DNA of 64,000 nucleotides from the human T2T-CHM13v2.0 reference genome, Homo sapiens (GCF_009914755.1 NC_060946.1), one strand, 5' to 3'; positions 1-26,392 are shown, counted from the stretch's first letter. Translations and numbers: made by a program. Notes: a model not told the origin generated them from the sequence alone.

Positions 1-219
1 ACAGCCTCGGCTCCTGGGGTGGGACGCGAGGCCCGGATACCCCACGGCCCCACAGGGGCCTGGGAGCAACCCGGGAAGAGGAGCGGGCTCTGTGCTGCCA
101 GGCTAGGGCCCTACTGCGGCCTGGCTGCCCTCCGGAGGAGGCGGGTGCTGTCAGGGCCAACTTCCCTAGTGCCCTCCAGGACACTCAGGAGTCCAGCACC
201 ACTGCCACTGAGGCTGCAG
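1..219 (+). CDS. ZNRF3: ZNRF3 penultimate coding exon, 3' part (transmembrane RING E3 ligase, cytoplasmic tail)
   Basis: Frame from nt 3 reads SLGSWGGTRGPDTPRPHRGLGATREEERALCCQARALLRPGCPPEEAGAVRANFPSALQDTQESSTTATEAA, recognised as ZNRF3 C-terminus; donor CAG|GTGAGA at 219/220, phase 1. Confidence 0.95.
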
Positions 220-527
220 GTGAGAGCAGGAAATGGCAGTAGGTCAGAGCAGGAGTTCCCATCAGGGTCGTCTTGTCTTCTGTCTTAGGCATTTTCTGAA
301 TGACTTCTTTTGTGTCCTTGGTTTTAAACACCATCTGAGGCTGAAGACTTCCAAGGGTTACTCCTCAGCCTGGCCCTCCCTTGGAGTTCAGACTCATTGA
401 GCCCTCTGCTTCCATGATCTCGGGATCTCTCCCCAAGATGCCTGCAGCCTGTCATGTCCACAGCAGTACTCATTTCCCCCTCTGCCCTGCTCCCCATCCG
501 CATGCTCACACCAAAAACCTAGCACCA

Positions 528-1170
<643 letters not shown>

Positions 1171-1683
1171 CCTAGGCCCCATCCCTGTGCCCACCCTGCC
1201 CCTTGCACTTCAGCCTCCTGGGCTTCTCAACCCGCCTGTGAAGGACCCCAGTTGCTTGTTTTTGCCTCAGTCCATGAAAATGAATTCCCAGAAAATGAAA
1301 CTTAGCAAAAGACATGTAAGATACAAGTCCAGGTATTTTATTATTAGATTCAACAGACATCAGATTGCTACAAGATTTCCAAACATGCTGTCTCAGTAAT
1401 AAACTGGAGTCTAGCACCTCTGAGTAGCACTGCAACAAGATCTACCTGCAAAGTACATCCCAAATGTATCTACTTCTCTGCACTCCCACTGCTATCCCCT
1501 CAGTCCAGTCTCATTTTCCTCTCTTCGGGACAGAGGCAATAACCTCTGACTGATCTGCTGTCACTGGTCTTGCCTTCTATTCCACTTGGAACCAGAGTGG
1601 CCTTTTTTGAAACATAAGTTGATGTCTTTGTGCTAGAAAACCCTTCAATGACTTGCCATTACCTTTAAAATCTTAAAAATGTT

Positions 1684-2250
<567 letters not shown>

Positions 2251-2848
2251 AAATGTTAGCATCTCACTCAGTTCTGTGTGATCCAGCTCCTGCCAACCCA
2301 TCTGATGAGCTCCTGGTTCACTCTCCTTGCTTCCTGCTTTCACCTCCTGTGGCCCCTGTCCCGTTCTTCCCATGTGCCAAGCTCATTCCAGCCCCCAGAC
2401 CTGTCCGCTACTTTTCTCCTCCAGATCTTAGGTTAGGTAACACTCCAGCCCCCTCTGAGATCACCTACACACCTTCTGTTCACTTCTGTCATCCTATTGC
2501 TAAATTACTTTGTCTCAAGGTTCGTAATCTCTGTGAGGGAGTCCTCTCTGCTGCTTTTCCCAAGGCCTGACGCACACCGGGCACCCAGTTAACATCTTTA
2601 ATATATTGGGCTTTCGTGCTACCTGAGGGCTTCTAGAAAGCTCTCTACATCCAAGTGAGAGGCTGGCTCTCCAGGAGGTACCTGTGCTCTCAGCACAAAT
2701 GGAGCCCCTCTGGGAACAGGAACCTGCTTCAGCCCTTTAGCATACACAGGCCTGCCACGTGCTGGGGACAGGGCCACCTGAGTCCCTTGCCTGGTCCCAT
2801 GTGTGGTGCCAGCTCCCTCCCCTGATGATTGTTCTCTCTCTTTCCCAG

Positions 2849-2892
2849 GACCGAGATCTCACTCAGCAGACAGCAGCAGCCCGGGAGCCTGA
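2849..2892 (+). CDS. ZNRF3: ZNRF3 last coding exon (G)PRSHSADSSSPGA*
   Basis: Pyrimidine tract + TTTCCCAG| acceptor at 2848; phase 1 matches upstream donor; TGA at 2890-2892. Confidence 0.95.
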
Positions 2893-6760
<3,868 letters not shown>

Positions 6761-7025
6761 GTTATATGTTGTCATTGGTCTGTTCAGTAAAAGTCTGCAG
6801 ATTCAACAAGGGGAGGTTTGCATGGGGCAGTACTTTTAACTTCTACTCGTCCATGGAAGCATTCATATAACTTTCTCTCCTGTTAATATAGAGTCCAGGT
6901 TATTGGGGGTTTAGGCAGTGTCACAGGAGAGCATCTGTTATAAGGTGTGTGGGTTTACATCCTTGTGAGAATGGTAGGCTTTCTGCTCAGCCCTATGTAG
7001 AAGGAGCTAGGGAAAGTGATAGTGA

Positions 7026-7690
<665 letters not shown>

Positions 7691-7964
7691 AGAAAAGGAA
7701 GGGAAAGAAGGAAGGAAATAGGGAACCATAGCCTGAATATAAAACATCTGCTTTATCTGTCAGGCCTTTTCCTACCTGGAAGACTAAGAGACTCTCAAGG
7801 CCTTGGAGGAAAAATATTCCAAGCATCTACCCTTCAAAATTACCTAATCATGAGTGGAGAGGGACCCTTGGTCTTCAGTGAATCTGGTACCTCTTTGTTT
7901 CCCCTGAGAGGGTGTCGCTAATTTGTAAAGCACTCTGCGATAACACGGAAGGTGCAAAGTTGTG

Positions 7965-7970
7965 TTTATT
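7965..7970 (-). terminator. C22orf31: C22orf31 polyadenylation signal AATAAA
   Basis: TTTATT on + ~50 nt downstream of the stop codon. Confidence 0.8.
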
Positions 7971-8017
7971 TTTCAGATCTCTAGCAGAGAATACTCTAAT
8001 CCCATGAGTTCTTGTTC

Positions 8018-8458
<441 letters not shown>

Positions 8459-9038
8459 CTAGCCAGGAAGAAAGCAGAGAAGTCAAAGCTAAAACTTGAG
8501 AGGGGAGCTCAGAATAATTATCTGGGATTTGTGTCCCAGAGTCTTGGTTACAGCAACAACCAACATTTGTCTAGCATGTTCTAGTTTACTGAATTCCTTT
8601 ATGTACATACCACTGCATGTGTTCCCCATAACCCTGTGAGGTCAGCAGGAGACAACTTTATAGGCAAAGAAATTGGAATTGGTTTGCCCAAGGCCACACA
8701 GCTAGAAGGTTAATAACAGCTGTCATCTATTGAATGCCACGCAAGATCCTAATTATTTACCCTCTGCCAGGCTCTGTTCAAAAGCCTTTTGCATGTATTA
8801 TTTAACATTCATGAAGCCCTATGAGGGAAGGGCCGTTATCCCCCATTTAATATGATAATATCAAGGCACAAAGAAATTAAGCCCGAGGTCGTCCTCAATT
8901 ACAGTCCGAGTTGGGATTTGAACCCTGATGGCCTGCTGGCCACCACGGGGTAACATACCTGGATTCCAATCAGGCCTTCTTCGTAGGCCAAGTTCTCCAT
9001 GTGGACGCTCACAATCCAGATCCATAGCTGACCACTGG

Positions 9039-9061
9039 TTGTGTGTGTGTGTGTGTGTGTG
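9039..9061. repeat. (TG)n microsatellite
   Basis: Direct read. Confidence 0.95.
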
Positions 9062-9287
9062 CACAAGCATGCACTACCCATATCCTAGCCTTCCTTCTCA
9101 CCCTTATTTTTCCTTCATGTCAAGTCTGTGCTTATGAAAGCCACCTCATCCTTCTCTAGAACTAAGCATAGTGTAAATGATAAATAGCATGACCCCAAAA
9201 TCTGGGGCATTCTTCCACTCTGTCATGCTACACCTCCTCCCCACATTCTGTCTTCAACTTTAGGATTTCCTTCACTTGGTATAGATC

Positions 9288-10121
<834 letters not shown>

Positions 10122-10463
10122 CTAGAATTATAAGGAGGGAGAAATGAATTTTAAAAGGACCGTTCTTCAGCAGAGAATAAAAGGTCTACTTTGAAGGCAA
10201 AATATTAACATCTTTTTATAGGCCATTCCTTCCACCCAGTTCTTAGAAATTTACTATATGTCCTCTCCTGTTCACCAAAGCCTTTTATACCAAGTAGGGA
10301 GGAGATAGTCACTCCACAAGGTTACAGTAATATTCAGGCTCTCAAAGAACATAGCATGCCAGGGCAGGAAGTCGGGGGTCAGGGAGGGTTCACAAGGAAT
10401 TGAAGACAATTCCTGCCTGCTGGAAAGATACGGAAGGCAGGGTCACTCAAGACTTCCATATGA

Positions 10464-10994
<531 letters not shown>

Positions 10995-11067
10995 TAGATT
11001 AGAATCACATATTTAAAGAGATCTGGCTTTCTAAGAAATGTCATCTATAGAAATAAAATCACCTTAC

Positions 11068-11070
11068 CAT
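11068..11070 (-). CDS. C22orf31: C22orf31 exon 1 coding part: start ATG only
   Basis: ATG|GTAAGG strong donor; 1+143+146 = 290 aa, matching recalled protein [10 protein letters not shown]... Confidence 0.85.
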
Positions 11071-12467
11071 ATTTCAGTTGCCTTAAATTTTATTTTCGCT
11101 AGCTTAGTAAGGGGAAGAAATATGTATTTTCTCTTTCCTTTTTCTCTCTCTCTCTTTTTTTTTGTTTTTGTTTTAATATTTCTAGTCACCTGTCTTTCTC
11201 TGCCTTAGTCACATATGGGCAAATTGCTGTTTGTTTAGATGTGGGCTCAATGCAGGCAGCTTTGAGCCATTATCTCTAGTATTTGTGATGTCACTTTGGT
11301 TTGTGATGTGGGTGTGGGTGGGTGTTACATCATCAGATTTTATAGTTAAATTATGTGGGAAGAAGTTCTATACGGTTTTGCTTCTAGCCTCAGAAACTTC
11401 TGAAGTCCTCATTTCCCCCAAAATGGCTTGGATGAATTTTGAAGATCTTCATGTTCTTAAGAAGTATGTTTTGCAGGAAATGTAGTCAAATATGCAGACC
11501 AGATTTGGGGATATGGGTAGTGAGATGCATCCCTACATGTGCAAAAGTGCCCTCCTTCATGTACATAAAGGAGGCACTGTTAAGTTCTCAGAACAGCTGC
11601 CAAGGTTAGGGACCAGGAATGAAAGAACACGTTCCTGCAGACCTGGGCACCTTTCCCTGCATGTCTCTCCCGGGAAGACTACATGGTTTCTGGAATGTGG
11701 GTTTCTTTTACATCCCATGGCAAATGCAGTGATTAGAGCTGTTAGCAGTGTCAAGGGCTTGAAAGGAGAACAAAGCCGCCTCTTCCTGGGAACTCTTGGG
11801 CAATGCCTCACTGCTTATCAGGTGCTCGTCCTGTTGGTGGGTTTGATTCTTTTATTTGTAAAATGCCTCAGGAGCCTCCCTCCTGAGGGGGAGGCCAGTG
11901 AAATGATGGAAAAACAGAGTATGAATCTGGCAGGGGCTCCTGGAATCGCATGTGTTGCCTGCTTGCGTTTTTAAGTGTTGTCCCTGGAGTGAATCAGAGC
12001 CTGCAGGCGGACCGCACCACAGGCTGTGGTGGAACCACCTCCAGGCCTATGGCAGCTGGACCCACAGACAGTTGAGAGGACAATTGCTCCCTTTCAGTGG
12101 CGAGCCCTGGCCTCACCTCCTAAGAGCTGGGTCGGTTTTAGAGCAGGGCTTTGGAAAGGGTTTGTCTTTGGGAAGAGTTTGCGAATGTCTGGAGACTGGG
12201 CAGGCAAGAGTCTTTTCAAAGCTGGTCAGTCTTGGAAAAATGGCACCGGGCTCCTGGGCTACCTGGAAATTACCATCTGTCTTTACTCTGCAAAGCAGGG
12301 ACAGGAGGGAAATGTCAAGCAAAAAAAGGCATAATAGGAGTAGGTCATCTGTTTCTCTTTTCTCCTTCTCCATCTTGAGTTTGGCTTTCCTGCACCTCAT
12401 CTTTCCACACACTCATCCGTTAGATTTACTCTGCTAGGTCTTTTACTCAATGACTCTGCTTGGTCTT

Positions 12468-14697
<2,230 letters not shown>

Positions 14698-15738
14698 CTA
14701 GTGTATGAGGCCAAGCAATGAGCCTCTTGGAAGTAGGGAAAGTTTCTGATCTGACTTGGGTATCAGACTTTCATGATCCATCTTCATTATATATTTGTCA
14801 GATCGATTGACCTCACAGAAGTGTTGAATGTAGAGGAGCTACATCCCCTGGTTACGGGAGTTGTTCAGAATATTCTATGCTTTGTTAAACAGAAAGGGAA
14901 GCAGGTAGCTGAAGATAAGATAAGGAAGTGGTTAGTCTTTAGCAGAGATTGTCCCATCAAAGGCTGTTTAGAATTTTAAAGTCAGGATGGAATGACTACT
15001 TGGTCCAGGGTACTAAAACCATGGCAAGAGTTTCCATCATGGGTGCCAGCACTTGATCCGGGGAACTCGGGGTTGAAGCAGTAGGGCTTCCATGTTGCTG
15101 AAAGACCTCTTCCTTAGTTTGATTCTCCCATGAAGCTTTTTTATTCTGCTGAGCTCAGTCTCACTAACCTTTATTTTCCACCCATCATTTGGAGCTGTGC
15201 TTCCTGACATATCTAAACCACCGCTTCTATTTGCAAACACATCTGTCCTTCTTTGATGTTTAGCCAAACTTTCCTCACAGTATTTTTAGCTCGTATAATC
15301 TTCCTTCTTCCTTTTTTTTTTGTCTTTCCTTTACTACGACCTTTCTTCTTTTTAGCTTCTCTTAGCTCTTATTCTCCTTCTGGTGGATCAGCTAATAAAG
15401 AAGAAATTGAGTCAATTTCTATTAATTCTTGTCTTCCACCTTTATGGCCCTGCCCCACCCATGCAATTCTAGTGGAATTTAGTTGCTTTTAATTTCCTCA
15501 GATGTTTTTGTTTTAACACCCAAGCAGTAAACTTCCATACCCATGTGGGAACATATCTGAGGTTCATGATGCAAAAGAGAAACACTTTGGATGGGAAAGA
15601 ATTGGAAAAGATTCCTGAACTGTGATGCAAACTCGGAGGACCAATGATTTGGACCACATGTGCTGAATATGCACCAATCATGGGCCAAGTATGCAAAATA
15701 ATGGTGTCCTGTGTGCCTTCCCACCAGTTCTCACCTGA

Positions 15739-18300
<2,562 letters not shown>

Positions 18301-19102
18301 ACTTGTGAGGGTAAGACTAGGGTTCCACTGCCTGGGTTCAAAGCCCAGCTCTAACACGATGTCACCTTTGGGCAAGTCATTTAATCTCTCTTTGTTCTGG
18401 GGTGGGTGTGGGGCTGGTAAGAATGCCTCCCTCATAAGGCTACTGGGCGGATTTTGTGAAATGCAACCGTAGACACCCTGCATAGCCTTAGTCAAGTCTG
18501 CAGTAAACATTTGCTATTGCTGTCATTATAATCAGGCCCCCTCCTCCAGGGCTCTTTCCATAAAATGACTGCCCTTTGAGCAGAAATCATCCCAACTGGA
18601 GTTTCAAAGACAGTTGAATGACCCAAACTCCAACATTGTAGGTCTCCTGGCTTCTTGGCCAATCCTGCTGCCCTCGGAGGAAGAAAGGGGCCTTACTTGC
18701 ACAGTGCAAACAGACAAACGGACACCAACATCTTTCTGGAGGCCCAGGAGCTGCATTCAGTGTCCTCACTCTTTCCATGAAATAAAGCTGCTAAACACCC
18801 CAGGCATGTAAAGCACTGAAATGAGTATCCCGGGTTGCTCTCTGCCAGAAGCCAGGACCACAAAAGACCTTGAGCTGTTAAGTGCCATGACCTAGACGTG
18901 CTGGGCTGTATTTTTAGCTTCTTGTGCACTGTTTCCATCACCTGTGCTGGGCTTTCAGCTGGAAAAGAGAAGGTGGGGGTGGAGAAGGTTAGAGGGATGT
19001 TTTTCACTGCAGCCAGTGCCAGGAGGAGCTTGCACACAATTTCTGAGTCCTGTTGTACAATAGGACCATTTTCATGGGCGTGCAACCTGTATATCAACAT
19101 AG

Positions 19103-19474
<372 letters not shown>

Positions 19475-19823
19475 TGTCTTGAAATTCTTAATAAGTTTGG
19501 ACAAAGGACATACATTTTCATTTCTCACTGTGTCATGCCAATTATATGGCTGGTCCTAAGCAGTGTACATGACAGAGAGAGCCAACTGGAGGAGGGGCTG
19601 CTGCCAGCCCAGGAGGGGTGCCTTCCCGCAGCAGGCAGGACAGACCAAAGCTACTATCACAAGGCATGGCTGCCCAGACTTGGCCAAATAAACTTTGTTT
19701 CCAACCTCCTGGGTGCCCTTCCTATTTTCTCCTCTGAAACCTGAATGAGATGCAGAAAGAACCTTGTGAACTGGAGAGACCTGTGTCCTGCTTTGCTGAA
19801 GTCTTTCTCTGGCATCCTGCTTA

Positions 19824-20081
<258 letters not shown>

Positions 20082-20559
20082 TCAGGTTGACTAGAATGTA
20101 AGTTCCAAGAGGAAGGTTTGGTCTTGGTGGCTGTATCCTCAGCCCTTGGCATGTTCCTCGCTGAATATTTGCTGAACGAAGGAAAGTTCGACTTTATTGA
20201 GTGTTTGCTTTGGGCTGAGAGCTTCACCTGCATCTTCTCATTTCATTCTCTTCAAAGGCACTGCTGTCTGGGAGGGCACAGAAGTCCTGGAATAAGGGTT
20301 CTCAGGTCCGGTGGAGAAGGTGGGAAGGGCCCAAAATTGTGGAAAAGGGGAAAGCTGGACAAAAGTGGGGATCACCGGTGGCAGGAGGTGGGGGGGGCGG
20401 TCCCCAGGACCGAGGCTGGCTGGGTGAGGGGATGGTGGGTGCCCCTAAGTTCCAATAAGAAGCCCAGAGGATCCTTGAACTCGGGAATGACACATGAAAA
20501 CAATAACTGAACAAGATTCTTCTTGCTACAGCGCTGAGTCGTGTGGGTGGAGAGGGACA

Positions 20560-21130
20560 GAGATCGAGAGGCCTCGTGGGAGGTAGCTGCGCCCTTGGGG
20601 CCCGGCCCTGCGAGCAGCCGTGGGTGGGGAAAGGAGTTTGGGGGTACGCGGGCTCTGGGAGTGGATAAGGGGGTGGCGCCCGGGGGTTGAGGGGGCCCAG
20701 GGGCGAGTGTACCCAAGGCGTGCCGGTCCCGCCCAGCCGCGCTCTGGGTGCGGCGAGTCTGCACACTGGTGCAGATGTTCCCGCCGCCGCGCCGGGCGCA
20801 GGTCTGCACTTGCAAGCCCGGGACCAGGGACTTGAAAGCGCCCGGCGCGCCGCCTGGACCTGCCCCGCCGGGCGTCACCGCTGCGCTTTAGGCGGGAACT
20901 GTAGGAAAATCCCCTCTGCCTGGCGGGAGGGCGGGGGAGGAGGACGGCCCACGACCGACCCCGGGTGCGGCAGGGGAAGACCTTGCCGGGGTCGGGGCGG
21001 GGGGAGGCGGGCAAAGGGCCTACCACGCTGGGGCCGAAAGTTTAAGCAAGCCGCGCGCTCTCTGATCCCTAACATCCCAGGCTGTAGGATAAGCAGTACT
21101 GTCTCATCCATTTCTGGACGTTGCGTTGGG
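20560..21130. promoter_or_regulatory. CpG island ~1.2 kb upstream of KREMEN1
   Basis: High GC, dense CpG, GC boxes; separated from the main island by Alu/MIR. Confidence 0.8.
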
Positions 21131-21234
21131 CGTTTTACTTGCTTCTATCTCATCGAATCCTCTGAAGGCCTTTTATTATTCCTATTCTGCAAACGGCTGA
21201 GCCTCAGACAGATCAGGAAAGTTGCCCTGGTTGA

Positions 21235-21657
<423 letters not shown>

Positions 21658-22286
21658 TAGGCATTCTTATTTAGTGCAAGCGCTCTGAGGAGTAGTAGCT
21701 ATTATCACCTCCATTTAACAGATGAGGAAATTGAGGTAAGAGCTATTTTTCCTTTAAACCTGTCCAAGGTGTTACATGTGACCAAGTGGGATGTGAACTC
21801 TCCAAAGCATTCTTTTTTTAACCATTACGATGAGCTAAGCAAGGGAAAACAGTTTGCAAACTGCTGTTGTAATTATTACCGCTGTAGCTGAGCTCGCGCG
21901 TGGGTCACGACCTAAGTGAGGGTGGAGCAGGGGTCACTGGGAGCCCGGCCTATTTCAGCCCGGCCAAACCGCTTGGTGACTTGGAGGCCGGGCCGAGGCC
22001 CCGCCCCTCACCTGCTGATCCTACCCTTGGATGGGACAAACAGAGGGCCCTGCTGGGCCGGCCCAGGTGAGGCGAGAGATGGGCGGGGCCTGATGCGTGA
22101 GTGGCAGGAGCAGCGCGCGGCCGGGGCGGGGCGTGCGTGCGCAGTGGGCTCCGCCCCCCGGGCCTCTCCGCGGATCCGGGCGGGCCCCAGGCTGCAGGGG
22201 CGGTGGCGGCGCTGAGCTGGGCGGGCCGGGGCGGGGCGGCCGGGCGGCCGGGGCGGGGCTACACTCGGGCCCCGCGTCCTGCTCCC

Positions 22287-22352
22287 ATGGCCGCCCCCGG
22301 CTCCCCGCGCTGCCCCCTTTACCCCGGGCCGCGCCCCGGGGCCCCGCACTGA
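22287..22352 (+). other. Upstream ORF (21 aa MAAPGSPRCPLYPGPRPGAPH*) in frame with KREMEN1
   Basis: ATG 22287 and TGA 22350-22352 read directly; inclusion in the mRNA depends on TSS position. Confidence 0.6.
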
Positions 22353-22358
22353 CGGCCC

Positions 22359-22455
22359 ATGGCGCCGCCCGCCGCCCGCCTCGCCCTGCTCTCCGCCGCG
22401 GCGCTCACGCTGGCGGCCCGGCCCGCGCCTAGCCCCGGCCTCGGCCCCGGACCCG
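22359..22455 (+). CDS. KREMEN1: KREMEN1 exon 1 (signal peptide MAPPAARLALLSAAALTLAARPAPSPGLGPGP)
   Basis: CCCATGG start, hydrophobic signal peptide, donor CCG|GTGAGT at 22455/22456, phase 1. Confidence 0.96.
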
Positions 22456-22834
22456 GTGAGTGTGAGCGACCCCCCGCCGCCCGCCCTGAGCGGAGCCCAC
22501 TCGAGGGGCGACAAGGGCCGGCCGGCCTGAGAGCCCCCTCCCTCCCGCTTCAGGACCTTCCGGGCCCCTTCCCCTCGCCCCTAGGCGACGCCCCTCAGGC
22601 CGGGATGGTCCCTTCCTGGGACCCGGGCTACCCCCAGGCCCGTCATCGACGCCCCCGGGCCCGGTACTGTCCCCCGGCTGCAGGACCCGGTGCTCCTCAG
22701 CGACGCCCCTCAGCCCAGGAGGCCCTCTCCGCCTTGAGTCTTCCAAGACCCTCTGCGACGCCCCCCGGGCTGGGACATCTTCTCTGTCTCGGGATCTGGG
22801 ACCCGCTGCCCGAGTCCCTCAGCGACCCCAACCA

Positions 22835-23100
22835 GGCCGGGACGCCCCCTCTCCCCGGTACCTCCTGGGATCCCGTCCCAAGTCCCCAGCGACTTCCCCC
22901 GGGCCGGGACGTCCTCTGCTCCCCGGTACCTCCTAGGATCCCGTCCCAAAATCCCCAGCGACTCCCCACGGGCCAGGAGGCCCCCTGCTTCCCGGTACCT
23001 CCTGGGATCCCGTCCCCAAGTCCCCAGCGACCCCTCCCGGGCCGGGACGACCCCTGCTCCCCAGTACCTCCTGGGATCCCGCCCCAAGTCCTTCATCGAC
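22835..23100 (+). repeat. GC-rich minisatellite, ~4 copies of a 67-69 bp unit (more degenerate copies back to ~22570)
   Basis: Recurrent core CCCCGGTACCTCCTGGGATCCCGTCCCAAGTCCCCAGCGAC; unit starts ~22839, 22906, 22975, 23044. Confidence 0.85.
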
Positions 23101-24926
23101 GCACCTTGCACCGGGACGACTCCCCCGCTACAAGAGGCTATACGCCCCTCTCCGAGACCTCCAGCGACATCCCTCCCCTGGGCCAAGGTCCCCTCCCTGA
23201 GCCTCACTGCGACGCCCCCGCGTCCCCCAGTCCTCTCCTCCCGCCTACACCGGTGGAACCCGGCGCCTCCCCGCGCAGAGCAGAGCGGAGGCGGGAGGAG
23301 CCGGCGCTCAGCCCCTTTTCCCGAGTCCTCGGCTGCACCCGCTTGGCGGACATTGTAACTTCTGCCTCGCGAGGAACGGGATGGACTTGTTCGCCCTGCT
23401 AGAGGCAGGTTAGGGTCCTGGGACGACCTTGTACCCAGACGGACGGGACGTGCCCTCTCTCTCCGCTGGGCCGCTTTGAACTTCCCTATGACTCAGGTGA
23501 TGGCGCAGAAGGGGGAGAGAAAAAAGGAAGCAGTGATGGGAAACTTCTCCCCAACTGAGTTTAGGGTGCTCTTCCTGAGGGTGCAACGCCGAGCTCCGTG
23601 TTTTGGGTCAGCCCACACCTTAGACAGGTCACTCACTACCCAGGCCAAGGCCAAGGCCAGGTCTTCCCGAGGTGAGGCCCTGGACCAGGATGAAGCTTGG
23701 CTTTTGCTTAACTTCCACACGCAACCTTGTAGCCGAATCCTTTCTAAGTGGAAGAGAAGGCAAGAGGGCGTTGCATTTCTCTGCAGGCTGTTTGGGTGTT
23801 GAGCATAGGCCATTTGTGAAAGGGATGGGAAGAGTTTATTACCAGTCTGCAGGAGTAGGAAAACCCGCCTCTGGGTTCTCCACCCAAAGTCACAGACTGA
23901 TGTTGGAAAGGATGGGATTTTGCTGGTGTAAGAAAACTCAGAGTTGCTTTGTTTACTCATTGGCTTGGATTAGCGAAAAAGCTAGGACTTGGTGTTGTCA
24001 CTTACTGGGTGACTTTGGGCCATGCCTTCAGCTCTCTGAGCCTCAGTTTCCTCATCTGTAAAGACAGGATAACTTCTTTGCAGAGTGTTGTGAAGATTAA
24101 ATGATATACTGTAGGTAACATACCCGCATATAGGAGGGAGTCAATAAACATATTTTAATAATACTTTTATAGGGCCTCACAGTTCATCGAGTGCTAGACA
24201 CCTCATTTACCCTGGGAATGCTAAGAGCTTTCGGTCTGATTCATTTCTGTAAAAGGCTAAGCTTGGCTTTAAATTAGTAGAACTGGGGTCTCCAAGTGTT
24301 GTAAACCTGAGGCTCAGTAAGTGGTTTCTGAGTGATCACCGTCTTTTATGGGACTTCTACAGTATGATCACTTCTACTGTTGTGAGGAGTGAGGGACATT
24401 CCGAGAGCCAGGATATGTCAACATGACTGTAACCTGGTAACCCCTTAGCTCCACTTTGCTATCTGTGTGGTCAGGGTTTAATGTCCCCTACAAAGAGAGA
24501 GGTATGGGTGGAAATAGACTGGTTCCCCTTCTGGAAAGGGCAGAGCAGCAGCTCTGATTTGCGTCAAGTGAGCCAACTCTCCTTAAGCTCGTTGGAAGCT
24601 AGTCTCTTCCCAGATATCTTTGCTTTTTTAAGGTCAAATGCAGCATCTCTTATCAAGTTTGCACCCCAAATTTTGGTGTACTTTTATTTAGGAGTCTGGG
24701 GTAGGGGCAAATAATCGTTGTGAAATAATTTGTGATAAGTGGCCCAAGTTCCCAACTCACTGAGCCTTGCCAGCTTGGTGCCTTACCGTCCTGATAACTC
24801 AGTGCTTTGCTTTTTTGACTTTTCCTGTCTAGTTGCAGAAGCAATTTTAGGGAGATACCCCATGGTCTTCACCAACACATCCTGTCTAGATCCTACTCAC
24901 TAGCTTTTAAAATCCTTCCCAATAAA

Positions 24927-24964
24927 ACACACACACATACACACACACACATACACACACACAC
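24927..24964. repeat. Interrupted (CA)n microsatellite
   Basis: Direct read. Confidence 0.95.
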
Positions 24965-25796
24965 TTTACTCTGAGGATATGCCAAACTTGCCATTTTATA
25001 TTTTTTGATACTGTAATTTTCTCTAAAATTTTGTGGATGGAAAAAATTATTTCAATATTTATATTCTGCACAATTTTGTAATATTTAAATTACTGGTGGT
25101 TTGCATTTTTGAATGCTGACTTTATAAAAACAGTTAGCTCATTCCCCATCAATCCTACTTCTAATTACAATGTGTAGCCAACCCCAAATGATCTCCCTTC
25201 TTTTCATTCTTCCTCTAAGATTCTCTTCCTTCCTTCACAACTCATAAGAAGGAAAGTAGAAGGTAATGGAATCTAGACTTTCCTTCAAGGAGGAGTGCAA
25301 CCAGGGCCATGTGGTCGAGAGGTTCTCTGTAGTAGGTCCCATCTGGAATTTATGGAATTTATGGTCTACTCACTTGAGTATTTTACTACCTTTAGGGTCT
25401 ATTAGGTGCACATCAACAGAGCTTCTCCACTCAGGTTATGTTTGCTGTGAATACCTTTTATAAGTTTATAGACTGATGCTCATTCTCCTCTACCTCCTCA
25501 TCTGGAATTTGCCCCACTAGCCAGTAGTGTGTTTGCCCTAAAACCTATGAGTTCAGTTAACAGCTAGAGCTTCATACTGTCTACCAATTCTTGGTTCTCT
25601 TGGGGACTTCATTAATGCTAATAGAATTACCTGTAAGCGACATGGGGGCTGAAGCAGTGAAGGAGTGAAGGGTGCATACCAGTTACTTGCATACTCTGAG
25701 TATTTTAAGAAACACCATTTCGACCTGCTATCAAAGACCTCTGATATTTTTGTGAAAATATACTTTAGTCCCTAGACAAACCATTTAAATCTTTGA

Positions 25797-26103
<307 letters not shown>

Positions 26104-26392
26104 TATTTGAGATAGGCAATGAGCCCCTTTATAAATCTTAAAGCAAGAAAGCATTCCTTTTAGGCTCACTACTCATAAACAGAAAGTTGATGCACTTCTT
26201 GTATATCAATACAGATATTATTGATAAACTCATGGTTTAGCATAGTTAGACCAAAAGCAATAAATGAGTAAGATAAAATATATTGCTTTAAATAGCTTCA
26301 CAATATACAGATTAGGGATTTTTGGTGATGGGGAATATACCATCCTTAGTTTAGAATTTTTGAGTCTGGAAATGTCAACTGATAATCTAGGT

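Larger units (their letters stand above)
21890..23480. promoter_or_regulatory. KREMEN1: KREMEN1 CpG-island promoter with multiple Sp/KLF GC boxes
   Basis: Very high CpG density; repeated GGGGCGGGG at ~22120-22260; TATA-less. Confidence 0.9.

Noticed and set aside
19-288. 89-aa ORF at window start
   Set aside because: Wrong frame; the ZNRF3 exon is read from nt 3 and splices at 219
11231-12437. Plus-strand ORFs of 84-161 aa
   Set aside because: No gene signals; better explained as antisense shadow of the putative decayed minus-strand exon
22835-23100. Regularly spaced repeat superficially like a CRISPR array
   Set aside because: Eukaryotic context, no unique spacers, whole unit is repeated: a minisatellite
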